Shown here one piece after another: positions 30,037 through 42,400 of a stretch of 64,000 bases of DNA. The stretch lies in the NCBI GenBank assembly GCA_037133435.1, contig JBAXOD010000003.1, forward strand, positions 9,502-73,501. Direction: 5' to 3'. The translations under genes were made by a program, and so were the position numbers. The DNA comes from Candidatus Moraniibacteriota bacterium. Its GTDB lineage: Bacteria; Patescibacteriota; Minisyncoccia; Moranbacterales; UBA1568. The stretch's first letter is position 1. Each line of letters begins with the position of its first letter. The notes below the pieces were generated by a model that made no database searches, was not told the DNA's origin, and saw only the letters and a program-made list of their open reading frames with translations.

Positions 30037-30954
30037 ATGCTTTTCGACACCCATGCCCATGTGAATTTCAACGCCTTCCGCGAAGATGCGGACGAGGTGC
30101 TTCGACGTGCGCTCGAAGCGGGGATATCGGTGGTGAACGTGGGATCGCAATTGTCGACAAGTCGTCGGGCGATAGAATACGCGAAAAAATTCGAAGGTCA
30201 GGGCGTGTATGCCGCGATCGGGTTGCATCCGATACAACTACGCAAGCGGTCGTTCGAGCATCGCGACGACGAGAATGATTGGGAATTGCCGTCAACCGAA
30301 ATCAAGACTATCGGAGAGGGATTTGATTACGATGCGTACCTTGAAATTGCGCGAGACCCGCACGTCGTCGCGATCGGCGAGGTCGGGCTCGACTACCATC
30401 ACTTCGAGGATGGGGACGATGTCGAAGCGATGAAGGAAGAACAGAAGCGCATCCTTCGCGAATTCGTCCGCCTGGCGAATGAGGTCGGCAAGCCGATGAT
30501 GATCCACTGCTGGGGCGTAAAATCGAGCAAGCTCGACCACGCCCGAACGGCCGTAATACCAAACCAGCTCGACCACGCCCGAACGGATGCCTATGACGAC
30601 CTGCTTGCGTTGTTCGATGAAACGGCACCCGAGAAACGGGGCGTGATACACAGCTTCATCGGGAGTCATAAGACCGCGAAAAAATTCCTGGATCGAGGAT
30701 GGAATATCGGTATCAACGGTATCGTTACCTATTCGGATTCGTATGATCGGCTGATTCGCGAAGTACCACTCCAAAGGATCGTCGTCGAGACCGACTGCCC
30801 GTACCTGGCGCCGGTTCCGCAAAAGGGGGAACGGAACGAACCGCTTCTTGTCCGGTTGGTCGTGGAGAAGATCGCATTCGTGAAGGGGATCCCGTTCGAT
30901 GAGACTGCTCGAGTGACGACGGACAACGCGCGAATGATGCTCGGAATCCGATAA
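30037..30954 (+). CDS. tatD: TatD family hydrolase
   Basis: DTHAH, GLHP, AIGEVGLDY, IHC, HSF, ETDCPYLAP. Confidence 0.93.
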   Translation: MLFDTHAHVNFNAFREDADEVLRRALEAGISVVNVGSQLSTSRRAIEYAKKFEGQGVYAAIGLHPIQLRKRSFEHRDDENDWELPSTEIKTIGEGFDYDAYLEIARDPHVVAIGEVGLDYHHFEDGDDVEAMKEEQKRILREFVRLANEVGKPMMIHCWGVKSSKLDHARTAVIPNQLDHARTDAYDDLLALFDETAPEKRGVIHSFIGSHKTAKKFLDRGWNIGINGIVTYSDSYDRLIREVPLQRIVVETDCPYLAPVPQKGERNEPLLVRLVVEKIAFVKGIPFDETARVTTDNARMMLGIR

Positions 30955-31014
30955 TCATTGCGGTGATGTGATATAATGAATAAGTAGTGACATATCATTA
31001 ACTGTAAAAAGTAT

Positions 31015-31296
31015 ATGGAAACGAATACGCACGCACAGAACCTGATTAGCGATAACAGTCCGATCGTGCCGCTTTCGGCCATGGGAGGGTCCGACGACGT
31101 GCCTGAGGTACCGGATTCCGCGGTCACCGGCACCGGGCAGGGAAACGGAAACGAGCACATCCGTTTCGGAGGACCTTCGGCAAAGCCGATATCACAGAGC
31201 GAGGATGAGGCGACGGCCGCTTCGGAAGACGTTTTCGATACATTTGGGAACTCCATCAAGACCGATGATGATTCTTCGGTGGAACGCTTCGTTTGA
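31015..31296 (+). CDS. Acidic low-complexity hypothetical protein
   Basis: 93-aa ORF preceded by a TATAAT-like element near 30972. Confidence 0.5.
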   Translation: METNTHAQNLISDNSPIVPLSAMGGSDDVPEVPDSAVTGTGQGNGNEHIRFGGPSAKPISQSEDEATAASEDVFDTFGNSIKTDDDSSVERFV

Positions 31297-31477
31297 TCAG
31301 AACCAGTGGAGGGAGGGAAAAAAATTAAGGAAGGAAAAATATCATTTCCCGTTTTTTTGACTTTTCCGCCGGATTTGTCTAGAATACTCTTTGAGGAGGG
31401 TAAAGAAAGATCGAGTGAGGGCGAAGTGATGCCTTTTTCTTTTTGTCCGGTTCGGATGACTGATTCCCGTCACATAT

Positions 31478-32257
31478 ATGGAAATCTCGATCGTTGCCGA
31501 ACCGTTGTTCTCGATAGCCGGGTTTACCGTAACGAATTCGCTGTTCATGGCGATCGTAGTCTCTTTTTTTGGCTTTATTGCGGTATTTTTACTTATTCAG
31601 CCGAAAAAATTTACAATGGTTCCCAAGGGTGCCCAGAACGTTATCGAAGCGATCTTCGAAGGGCTTCTTTCATTTATGGAAGGAATTACCCAGAATCGCC
31701 GGCAGGCCACGCAGTTTTTCCCGCTAGTCGCCACGATTTTTCTTTTCGTGCTGTTTTCGAATTGGTCCGGTTTGTTGCCGGGAGCGGGAACGATCGGTCT
31801 GCATGAAATGAACGGGGGAAAAGTGATGTTCATTCCGATCATGCGAAGTCCGAGCGCCGACCTCAATATGACGGTCGCACTCTCTCTCATTTCCGTTTTT
31901 TCCGTACAGCTTTTCGGAATCCTCGCACTCGGCCTTCGGGGATACGCGTCGAAATTTTTCGTCGCCCCGTGGAAGGCCCCGTATGTCGTCGGTACGGCGG
32001 TCGGACTCTTGGAACTCATAGGAGAGGGTGCGAAGGTGCTCTCATTCTCCTTCCGTCTTTTCGGTAACGTGTTCGCCGGCGAGGTATTGCTTACGGTGAT
32101 GCTTTCGCTCGTGCCGTACCTGGTCCCGCTCCCGTTTCTGGTCATGGAACTGTTCGTGGGAGTGGTTCAGGCGGGAATATTTTCGCTCCTCACTATCGTC
32201 TTTCTCAAGATGGCGACGGCGGAACATGAAGCGCATGAAGCGCATGAGGCGCACTGA
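31478..32257 (+). CDS. atpB: ATP synthase subunit a
   Basis: SPSADLN, LSFSFRLFGNVFAGE, QAGIFSLLT. Confidence 0.96.
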   Translation: MEISIVAEPLFSIAGFTVTNSLFMAIVVSFFGFIAVFLLIQPKKFTMVPKGAQNVIEAIFEGLLSFMEGITQNRRQATQFFPLVATIFLFVLFSNWSGLLPGAGTIGLHEMNGGKVMFIPIMRSPSADLNMTVALSLISVFSVQLFGILALGLRGYASKFFVAPWKAPYVVGTAVGLLELIGEGAKVLSFSFRLFGNVFAGEVLLTVMLSLVPYLVPLPFLVMELFVGVVQAGIFSLLTIVFLKMATAEHEAHEAHEAH

Positions 32258-32302
32258 TCGCGGAGTACGAACTCTCGGTTTATGGAAGCCGGCGGTTCGT
32301 AA

Positions 32303-32575
<273 letters not shown>

Positions 32576-32681
32576 GGCTTTCGATCGGCGGCCGGGAGAG
32601 GATTCTTTCATTGGAAAATCCTCCCGACCGTACATCGGGCACCGTGCTTATCAGGTCCAGACACTATTTTTCATCCGACGT

Positions 32682-33167
32682 ATGGAAATACTCACGCAGA
32701 TCGGCATCGACGGGAAACTCCTCCTCGCGCAGGCGGTGAACTTTTTGATACTTCTGTTCCTGTTGCGGCACTTCGCGTACAAGCCGATGCTCGCGTTCCT
32801 CGAGAAGCGGACGGCACGGATCGAGGAGGGGCTGAAGAACGCCGACGAGGCGAAGAAGCGGCTCGAGGAAGCGACCAAGAACGAGGAAAAGGTGCTCTCG
32901 AAAGCCCATGAAGAGGCCAGAAAGCTTGTGAACGAGGCCAGGGAAGCCGCCGAGAAGCGGGGACAGGAGCTCGTGGCCGAATTTGGAAAGAAAGCTGAAC
33001 GGATTGTCGAGGAAGCGAGGGAACGGGCAGTCGAGGAACGGGAGAAGCTCTTCCGCGAAGCCAAAGGAGAGATTGCCGATCTCGTCATCGCGACGACAGA
33101 GAAAGTGCTTCGCGAGAAGCTCGACACGGAGGACGCGAAAAAGTCGGTGAGTCGATTCCTGGCATAA
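32682..33167 (+). CDS. atpF: ATP synthase subunit b
   Basis: QAVNFLILLFLLRHFAYKP...R..RIEEGL followed by coiled coil. Confidence 0.95.
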   Translation: MEILTQIGIDGKLLLAQAVNFLILLFLLRHFAYKPMLAFLEKRTARIEEGLKNADEAKKRLEEATKNEEKVLSKAHEEARKLVNEAREAAEKRGQELVAEFGKKAERIVEEARERAVEEREKLFREAKGEIADLVIATTEKVLREKLDTEDAKKSVSRFLA

Positions 33168-33233
33168 AAAGCACTTAGCAATTGGACAATGAAACAATAT
33201 AACAATAGAGCAATTGAACAATAATCTTCGGCA

Positions 33234-33635
33234 ATGAAAATCTCACCGACACAATACGCGAAAGTCCTGGTCGCGCTCTCATCGGAGGGCGGCGATTCGT
33301 CGCGTGTGGCGGCATCATTCCTCTCGTTCGTGCGTAAACACAAAGGGGCGAAGAAACTTTCCGAGATTGTCCGTGCGGCGGAAACGTTTTCTGATGAGGA
33401 GGCCGGACGCGTGTCCCTTTCGGCGGAGACGGCGATTGAAGCGGATGATGCGATGAGAAAAGATATCGCGAAGAATGCCGCAACGCTGTTTCCGGGAAAG
33501 GACGTGTCGCTTTGTTATGTGGTACGACCGGACATTATCGGAGGAGTACGATTCTCTTCAAATGATGAAGTGGTCGATGGTAGTATCCGGGCGAGACTCC
33601 GGGCACTGAAAGGGAAGATGCGAACGAACAACTGA
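33234..33635 (+). CDS. atpH: ATP synthase subunit delta (short form)
   Basis: Operon position; PDIIGGV...VVDGSIRARL. Confidence 0.85.
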   Translation: MKISPTQYAKVLVALSSEGGDSSRVAASFLSFVRKHKGAKKLSEIVRAAETFSDEEAGRVSLSAETAIEADDAMRKDIAKNAATLFPGKDVSLCYVVRPDIIGGVRFSSNDEVVDGSIRARLRALKGKMRTNN

Positions 33636-34062
33636 AAGTATTACTAACAACTCACAATTAACAACTGACAACGACCGAAAATACAAGAGACGAAGACACT
33701 ATATCAATCTAACAATTTATCAATATAACGATGTAGCTATCGAGTCAACGATTTGTTTCCGGAACGGTCCGGGGACATAAGTCGATTGGAAGATCTAGTG
33801 ACAGATAACAGATATTGATATAAGCATCCCCTTCTCCCTCTGGGAGAAGGTGGATCGGTACTCCGAGACGGATGAGGGTCGGGTTCAGGGACGGGTCTAA
33901 TGAATTCAGACCCTCACCTGTCAGGAATACCTGACATCCTCTCCCGGAGGGAGAGGTGACAGAAAAAGGGAGTGAGGGAGGGGAAGGTTTTGAAGTGGCA
34001 GACAGAAAGACGGAAAAAGGAACCCTATATCGCAATCTATCATTCATTGATTCAAAAACACT

Positions 34063-35601
34063 ATGGCAAACATACTCATCGAGGAACTGAAGAAACAGAT
34101 AGCCGATTTCCGATTCGAAGCGGAGAAGGAATCGATCGGTCGGATACTCGAAACCGGTGACGGCGTAGCACGCCTTTCCGGGCTTTCCGGCGTGGCGGCA
34201 TCCGAAATCATCTCGTTTGAAAGCGGGGCGGTCGGGGTCGCGCTCAATCTCGAAGAGGCCGAGGTCGGCGTGATGATGCTTTCCGGCGGCAACGGCGTCC
34301 GTGAGGGTGAGACGGCCAAGGGGACCGGGAAACTCCTCTCCATTCCTGTGTCCGATGCGATTATCGGACGGGTCGTCGATCCGCTCGGTGTGCCGCTCGA
34401 TGGGCGCGGCGAGATCGCGGGCGAGAAGAAACTCATGCCGATCGAGAAAGTCGCTCCGGGCGTCATCACCCGTCAGGGCGTGAACCAGCCGCTCCAGACC
34501 GGAATCAAGGCAATCGACGCGCTCATCCCGATCGGTCGCGGACAGCGCGAACTGATCATCGGCGATCGTCAGACCGGCAAGACCGCGATCGCGATCGATG
34601 CCATCGTGAATCAGAAGCCAGCCCACAACGCTTCACGTAGTGATGCGGGCGGGGGACAGGACGTGATCTGCGTGTATGTCGCGGTCGGTCAGAAGGAATC
34701 CAAAGTCGCGCGTATCCTCGGCGAACTTACGAAACGTGGGGCGATGGAGTATACGATCATCGTTTCGGCCGGCGCATCCGACCCGGCGGCGCTCTCGTTC
34801 CTCGCACCGTATGCCGGTTGTGCAATCGGCGAATATTTCATGGACCAAGGCAAAGATGTACTCGTCATCTATGATGATCTTTCCAAGCATGCGTGGGCGT
34901 ATCGGCAGATCGCGCTCATCTTGCGTCGTCCGCCGGGACGCGAGGCCTATCCGGGCGACGTGTTCTATCTTCATTCACGGCTCCTTGAGCGGAGCGCCAA
35001 GATGAACCAGGAGAACGGCGGCGGGTCGCTCACCGCGCTTCCGATCATTGAGACACAGGCCGGCGACGTGTCCGCCTATATCCCGACGAACGTCATTTCC
35101 ATCACCGACGGACAGATCTATCTCGAATCCGATCTCTTCCACAAGGGCATCCGCCCAGCGCTCAATGTCGGTCTCTCAGTTTCCCGCGTGGGTTCCGCCG
35201 CACAGATCAAGGCGATGAAACAGGTCGCGGGCACCTTGCGACTCGACCTTGCGCAGTTCCGCGAACTCGAGGCTTTCGCACAGTTCGGTTCCGACCTCGA
35301 CGAGAAGACCCGCTCACTCATCGAACGCGGTCGCCGGTCGGTGGAAGTCCTGAAACAGGGTCAGTATTCGCCGCTCTCCGTGGAGCAGGAAGTCGCGGTG
35401 CTCTATGCGCTCTCGCGCGGATATCTCGATACCGTGCCGGCCGACAAGATTCGTTCCTGGGAAAAGGAATTTCTCGAGTATCTCGCTTCCGAAGGGGAAG
35501 ATGTGCTTTCGGCGATCCGAGAGAAGAAAGCGCTCGACGAGGAGACGGAATCGATGTTGAAAGCGAGAATAGAAGAATTTGGAAAGAGATTTTCGGAGTA
35601 A
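34063..35601 (+). CDS. atpA: ATP synthase subunit alpha
   Basis: [34 protein letters not shown]. Confidence 0.98.
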   Translation: MANILIEELKKQIADFRFEAEKESIGRILETGDGVARLSGLSGVAASEIISFESGAVGVALNLEEAEVGVMMLSGGNGVREGETAKGTGKLLSIPVSDAIIGRVVDPLGVPLDGRGEIAGEKKLMPIEKVAPGVITRQGVNQPLQTGIKAIDALIPIGRGQRELIIGDRQTGKTAIAIDAIVNQKPAHNASRSDAGGGQDVICVYVAVGQKESKVARILGELTKRGAMEYTIIVSAGASDPAALSFLAPYAGCAIGEYFMDQGKDVLVIYDDLSKHAWAYRQIALILRRPPGREAYPGDVFYLHSRLLERSAKMNQENGGGSLTALPIIETQAGDVSAYIPTNVISITDGQIYLESDLFHKGIRPALNVGLSVSRVGSAAQIKAMKQVAGTLRLDLAQFRELEAFAQFGSDLDEKTRSLIERGRRSVEVLKQGQYSPLSVEQEVAVLYALSRGYLDTVPADKIRSWEKEFLEYLASEGEDVLSAIREKKALDEETESMLKARIEEFGKRFSE

Positions 35602-35620
35602 TCATGATGTTTTCCAGTTT

Positions 35621-35682
35621 TGTCATCCCGGGCTTGACCCGGGATCCAAGGAGTAGATTCCGGCTCGTGGGCCGGAATGACA
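35621..35682. repeat. GTCATCCCGGGCTTGACCCGGGATCC...CCGGAATGAC REP-like palindrome
   Basis: Nested inverted repeats in the atpA-atpG spacer. Confidence 0.7.
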
Positions 35683-35738
35683 GACCGGTGTTGTCGGTTG
35701 TAAGTGGTAAGTTGTAAGTCGTAAGTTCGCGAAGCGCT

Positions 35739-36617
35739 ATGCCGAACGTGGCCGATATCAGACGGAGAATAAAGGGCGTGAAGAGCACGGGGAAAATCAC
35801 CCGGGCTATGGAAATGGTGTCCGCCGCCAAGGTTCGCCGTGCGGTTCAGACTGCAACGGCACTTCGACCGTATGCCGAGGAGGCGATATCAGTACTTCGT
35901 CAGGTCCGCCTCGCATTCCCCGAGAACAAGCATCCGCTCCTTGAAACGCGTGAGACGAACAAACGGATCGTTCTCTTGGTCAGTGGGAATCGTGGACTCG
36001 CCGGGACATTCTATGCGCAACTCTTCCGCGCGCTTCGTGCACACCTGTCGGATATTTCCGGCGAGGTGTCATTCATCACGATCGGCAAGAAGAGCGACGC
36101 GCAGGCGAAACGGATGGAAAAGGACGTACTCGCGTCGTTCCCGGATATTCTCGCTCTTCCCACGGCGGAGTCGGTGCGTCCGGTCGCCAAGATGCTCCTC
36201 GAAGAATATCGTTCCGGTCGGACGGACCGTATCGAGGTGGCCTATACGAACTTCTTTTCCATGATGCGGCAGGAGCCGGTCATACGGACGATCCTCCCGA
36301 TCTCGTCGGAAGAGGCGGAGTCCGAGCTCGAAGTCTCGGGTCGCAAACCGGAAGAGGGGAAATACGCGATCGAACCGGGGCCGGACGCGGTACTCGAGAC
36401 GATGGTGCCGCGGCTCCTCGAGGTCGAGATCTTTCACGCGATCCTCGAATCGAATGCGTCACAAGAAGCGGCGCGCATGATGGCGATGCGAAGCGCGACC
36501 GATGCGGCGACTGAGATGGCTGAGGGACTTACGCTCTCCTATAACCAGCTGCGACAGTCCAAGATCACCCAGGAAATCGCCGAGCTCTCGGCGGGGAAAG
36601 CAGCTTTGGAAAACTGA
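35739..36617 (+). CDS. atpG: ATP synthase subunit gamma
   Basis: KITRAMEMVSAAK, ARMMAM, YNQLRQSKITQEI. Confidence 0.97.
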   Translation: MPNVADIRRRIKGVKSTGKITRAMEMVSAAKVRRAVQTATALRPYAEEAISVLRQVRLAFPENKHPLLETRETNKRIVLLVSGNRGLAGTFYAQLFRALRAHLSDISGEVSFITIGKKSDAQAKRMEKDVLASFPDILALPTAESVRPVAKMLLEEYRSGRTDRIEVAYTNFFSMMRQEPVIRTILPISSEEAESELEVSGRKPEEGKYAIEPGPDAVLETMVPRLLEVEIFHAILESNASQEAARMMAMRSATDAATEMAEGLTLSYNQLRQSKITQEIAELSAGKAALEN

Positions 36618-36942
36618 CAACGTACAACGTACAACTAACAACTTATAACTTACAACGGGGAAATCGCAGTTAACAATGAACAACTAACAACTAACGACAG
36701 GGAAATCATAACTAACAACCAACAACGACTGAAAATGCACACGAAGAAAACAATGTAACAATACGGCAATAGAGTAGTGGAGCAATATGACAATGTAAAT
36801 ATCGAAAGTCGATTTGAAAGGGAGGAAGTGAGAATGAAAAATTAAGTGGATTCTTTGCTCCCACCCCTCAGTCTCGAAGACTCGACAGCTCCCCTCGGGC
36901 AGGGGAGCGGGCGGGAAAAGAATGAACGTAATCTCGTATTAG

Positions 36943-38349
<1,407 letters not shown>

Positions 38350-38462
38350 CAACCAACAACTGACAACGGGGAGCGGGGAGGGGACTGACAACTAACAACT
38401 AACAACTGACCACTGACAACGGGGAATTGGGAGTAGGGGGGTGATTTGAAATAGTAAAAGAT

Positions 38463-38822
38463 ATGGAAAAATTCCGGTTCAGGAAATGGAAAGTGTACAA
38501 TGATTCGCAGGAGCTCTTTTCCCTTATTCTGAAAATTGTTAAGGATCTACCGAAAGAATTCCGTTTCGAAATAGGAAGTCAGATGATCCATGCCGCCTTG
38601 TCGGTAGCGCTTAATATTGCGGAAGGAAGTGGAAAAACTACGGATAAGGAACTGAATCGTTTTCTGAATATTTCCCTCGGCTCCCTCTATGAGACGATGA
38701 CGGCAATGGATGCGTTGAAATTAAACGGGATGGTTCAAGAAGAGCGGTATGATGAGGCGATGAAACAGATAGATGGGATTTCAAACCAGCTTGGTGGGTT
38801 AAAGAAAACACTTGTGAAATGA
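38463..38822 (+). CDS. Four-helix-bundle protein (23S rRNA IVP-like)
   Basis: FRKWKVYNDS...LPKEFRFEIGSQMIHAALSVALNIAEGSG...FLNISLGSLYE; AT-rich; sits between atpD and atpC. Confidence 0.92.
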   Translation: MEKFRFRKWKVYNDSQELFSLILKIVKDLPKEFRFEIGSQMIHAALSVALNIAEGSGKTTDKELNRFLNISLGSLYETMTAMDALKLNGMVQEERYDEAMKQIDGISNQLGGLKKTLVK

Positions 38823-38850
38823 CGGTTGTAAGTTGTAAGTTGTAAGTTGT

Positions 38851-39294
38851 ATGTTACTCAGACTGAAGATAGTGACGCCGGAACGGCTCGTGCTCGAAGA
38901 GGACGTGTATTCGGTGACGTTGCCGGCCGAGGACGGGGAGATCACTGTATTGCCGGACCATATCCCGTATATCGGGTCGCTCCGGTCCGGGGAGATTTTC
39001 TTTCGCCGAGAGGCGAACGCGGAGCCGGAGAGTCTTGCGACCTCGGGCGGGTTCGTGGAGCTCCACGGCAATGTCCTGTCCGTCATGGCCGATACCGCCG
39101 AACGTGCCGAGGAGATCGACCTCGAACGTGCCGAAGTGGCGAAGAAGAAAGCCGAGGAGCTCAAGGCCGAGCGGCATCTGCTCGACGACGAACAATATGC
39201 CCGTGTCGCGGCGTCTTTGGAGAAAGAATTCGCCCGGCTGCACGTCGCCCACAAACATCGGAGTAAAGGCGGATTCGTCGCTCCGGGACAGTAG
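38851..39294 (+). CDS. atpC: ATP synthase subunit epsilon
   Basis: LKIVTPER...GEITVLPDHIP...SGGFVE...ADTAERAEEID. Confidence 0.96.
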   Translation: MLLRLKIVTPERLVLEEDVYSVTLPAEDGEITVLPDHIPYIGSLRSGEIFFRREANAEPESLATSGGFVELHGNVLSVMADTAERAEEIDLERAEVAKKKAEELKAERHLLDDEQYARVAASLEKEFARLHVAHKHRSKGGFVAPGQ

Positions 39295-39413
39295 GAATAG
39301 AATATCTGGCAACTTTGCAGAGTCGCTCCGGTGGAGCGACTCTGCTTGATTTTCGGCTTGAAAAAAGGCGGGGAGTGCGTTAGAGTAGGGGGAGTAATCG
39401 TGATGTTTGCATT

Positions 39414-42400
39414 ATGGAAGGGCGATATATTCCCGAGAATATCGAGGGAAAGTGGCAGAAAAAATGGGAGGAACAAGGGACGTTCCGGCAATACGGCCGT
39501 GAGCGGAAGTTCTATGCGCTTGATATGTTCCCGTACCCTTCGGGGGCCGGGCTGCATGTGGGGCATCCGAAGGGCTATATCGCGACGGATGTGATCGCAC
39601 GGATGAAACAGCTTCAGGGGTATGCGGTGCTGCATCCGATGGGGTGGGACGCATTCGGTCTCCCGGCGGAACAGTACGCGATCAAGAATAAGACGCATCC
39701 GAGCAAGACGACGCGGGAGAATGTCGCCACCTTCAAGGGGCAGCTCGGCCGGCTCGGCTTCACGTACGACTGGGATCGTGAGATCAATACGACCGACCCG
39801 GAGTATTACAAGTGGACACAGTGGATATTTCTGCAGATGCTGAAGAAGGGGCTCGCGTATGAATCGTACGAGCCGATTATCTGGTGTCCGTCGTGCCAGA
39901 CGGGACTCGCGAACGAGGATCTGGAGAACGGCGCGTGCGAGCGGTGCGGGACGATCGTCGAGAAGAAACCGATGCGCCAGTGGGTGCTGCGCATCACCGA
40001 TTATGCTGATCGACTATTGGAAGGGCTCGGCTCGCTTGATTGGCCGGAGTCGATCAAGGAATCGCAGCGCAACTGGATCGGACGGAGCGAAGGAACCGTC
40101 ATACGGTTCCAAATCATAAATCCCAAATTACAATTTCCAAACAAATCCCAAAACACGGATTCGAAATCACAAACGAAGGAGGAATTCATCGAGGTGTTCA
40201 CGACGCGGGTGGATACGCTGTATGGTTGCACCTATGTGGTGGTGGCGCCTGAACATCCTTTGATCAGGGAACAGTTAACAGATAACAGTGAACAGATAGC
40301 AGAGATCAAGAATTGGGAAGAGGTCCGTGCGTATATCGAAGAAACGAAGAAGAAGACCGAGATGGAGCGGACGGCGGAGGGGCGCGAAAAGACCGGCGTT
40401 CGGCTCGAAGGTATCATGGCGGTCAATCCGATAAACGGTGAGGAAGTGCCGGTGTTCGTCGCGGATTATGTGCTCGGTGATTACGGTACCGGCGCGGTGA
40501 TGGCCGTCCCGGCGCACGACACGCGTGATTTCGCCTTCGCGAAAAAATACGACCTGCCGATCAAGAATGTCATCATGCCGCACCTGACCGATAAGAAGAA
40601 CCCTCCGCGGGAAGGGAAGAAGTCCGTCGAACGCAATACCATCCACGCGTTGGTACGGAATCCGAAGGACGGGAAATTCCTGTGTCTAGAGTGGAAGAAT
40701 CATCCATGGACCACATTCATCGTGGGCGGCGTGGAAGACGGTGAGGACATCGTCGAGGCCGCCAAACGGGAAGTGCTCGAGGAGACGGGATTCTCGAATC
40801 TGCGACATATCGGAACCTTGGACAGGAAAGTGCGAAGCGAATATTTCGCGGCGCACAAGGACGAGAATCGGGTCGCGAATACGACAGCGGTTTTGTTCGA
40901 ACTTGAAGACGAATCACGAGAATCGGTCACCGAGGAAGAGGTCGCGAAACACTCGGTCCTCTGGCTTTCGCTCGACGAGATCAGGAATCGCGAAATGACC
41001 TGTGCGGAACTCGATATCTGGCTTGGGTGGCTCGAAGGGAAAGACGATGCGTTCGTTGACGACGGGGCGCTTACGGATTCCAGTGAGTTTTCCGGACTCT
41101 CTTCCGAAGCCGCGCGTGAGAAAATCAACGCGAAACTTGAAGCCGATGGGAACGGGAAGAAGGTCGTGAAATACAAGCTCCGCGAGTGGGTGTTCTCGCG
41201 TCAACGGTATTGGGGGGAGCCGATCCCAGTCGTGCACTGCGAAAAGTGTGGTGTGGTGCCCGTGCCGGAAAACGAACTCCCGGTGTTTCTGCCGGATGTC
41301 GAAAGCTACGAGCCGACGGGAACGGGGGAGTCGCCTTTGGCCGCGATTGAGAGTTGGGTGAATACGACCTGTCCCACGTGCGGCGGGCCCGCGAAACGCG
41401 AGACGAATACGATGCCTCAATGGGCAGGGTCTTCGTGGTACTACCTGCGCTATATCGATCCGTTGAACCAGGACGTGCTCGTCGGCAAGGAACTGGAAAA
41501 GGAATGGATGCCGGTCGACGTGTATGTCGGCGGGGCGGAGCATGCGACACGGCACCTTATTTATGCCCGGTTCTGGCATAAGTTCCTCTTTGATATCGGC
41601 GCGATTTCGACGGACGAGCCGTTTCGGAAACTTTGCAATGTGGGGCTTATCCTCGCCTCCGACGGGCGCAAGATGTCCAAGCGGTGGGGGAACGTCGTCA
41701 ATCCGGACGATATGGTCCGCGATTTCGGCGCGGACGCGATGCGGCTCTACGAGATGTTCATGGGTCCGTTCAACCAGAATATTTCCTGGAACACCGACGG
41801 TGTCGTCGGCACGAGGCGGTTTTTGGAGAAGGTGTGGAAGCTGCAAAACAGACTTACAACTGACAACTTACCACCGACAACAGAAGAATCGGGACTGACA
41901 ACTGACAACTCATCCGCGACATCTCCGTGCGCGGACCCGCTCGCAAAGACGAGCGGGCAACCGACAAAAATAGATTGCCTTCTTCATCGGACTATCGTGA
42001 AGGTGATGGAGGACATCGAAGCTATGCGGTTCAATACGGCAGTGAGCACACTTATGATCCTTGTGAACGCGTTCGAGAAGGAAGGAACGATCACGAAGGA
42101 ATCATACGGCATCTTCCTCTTGCTCCTGTCGCCGTTCGCTCCGCATATCGCGGAAGAGCTGTGGGCCGGACTTGGAAATCCCGAATCGATATTCCTCTCG
42201 ACATGGCCCGTGGCCGACCTGGCCTTGCTTGTGGAAGATACCGTGAAAATCGTCGTCTCGGTCAACGGCAAGGTCCGCGATACGTTCGAAGTACCCGCAG
42301 ACGCGACCGAAGACGATCTGAAAGCGAAAGCGTTCGCGAGTGACAAAATCGCCAAGTTCCTCGACGGCCGGGAGCCCAAGCGCGTCATCGTCGTTCCTGG

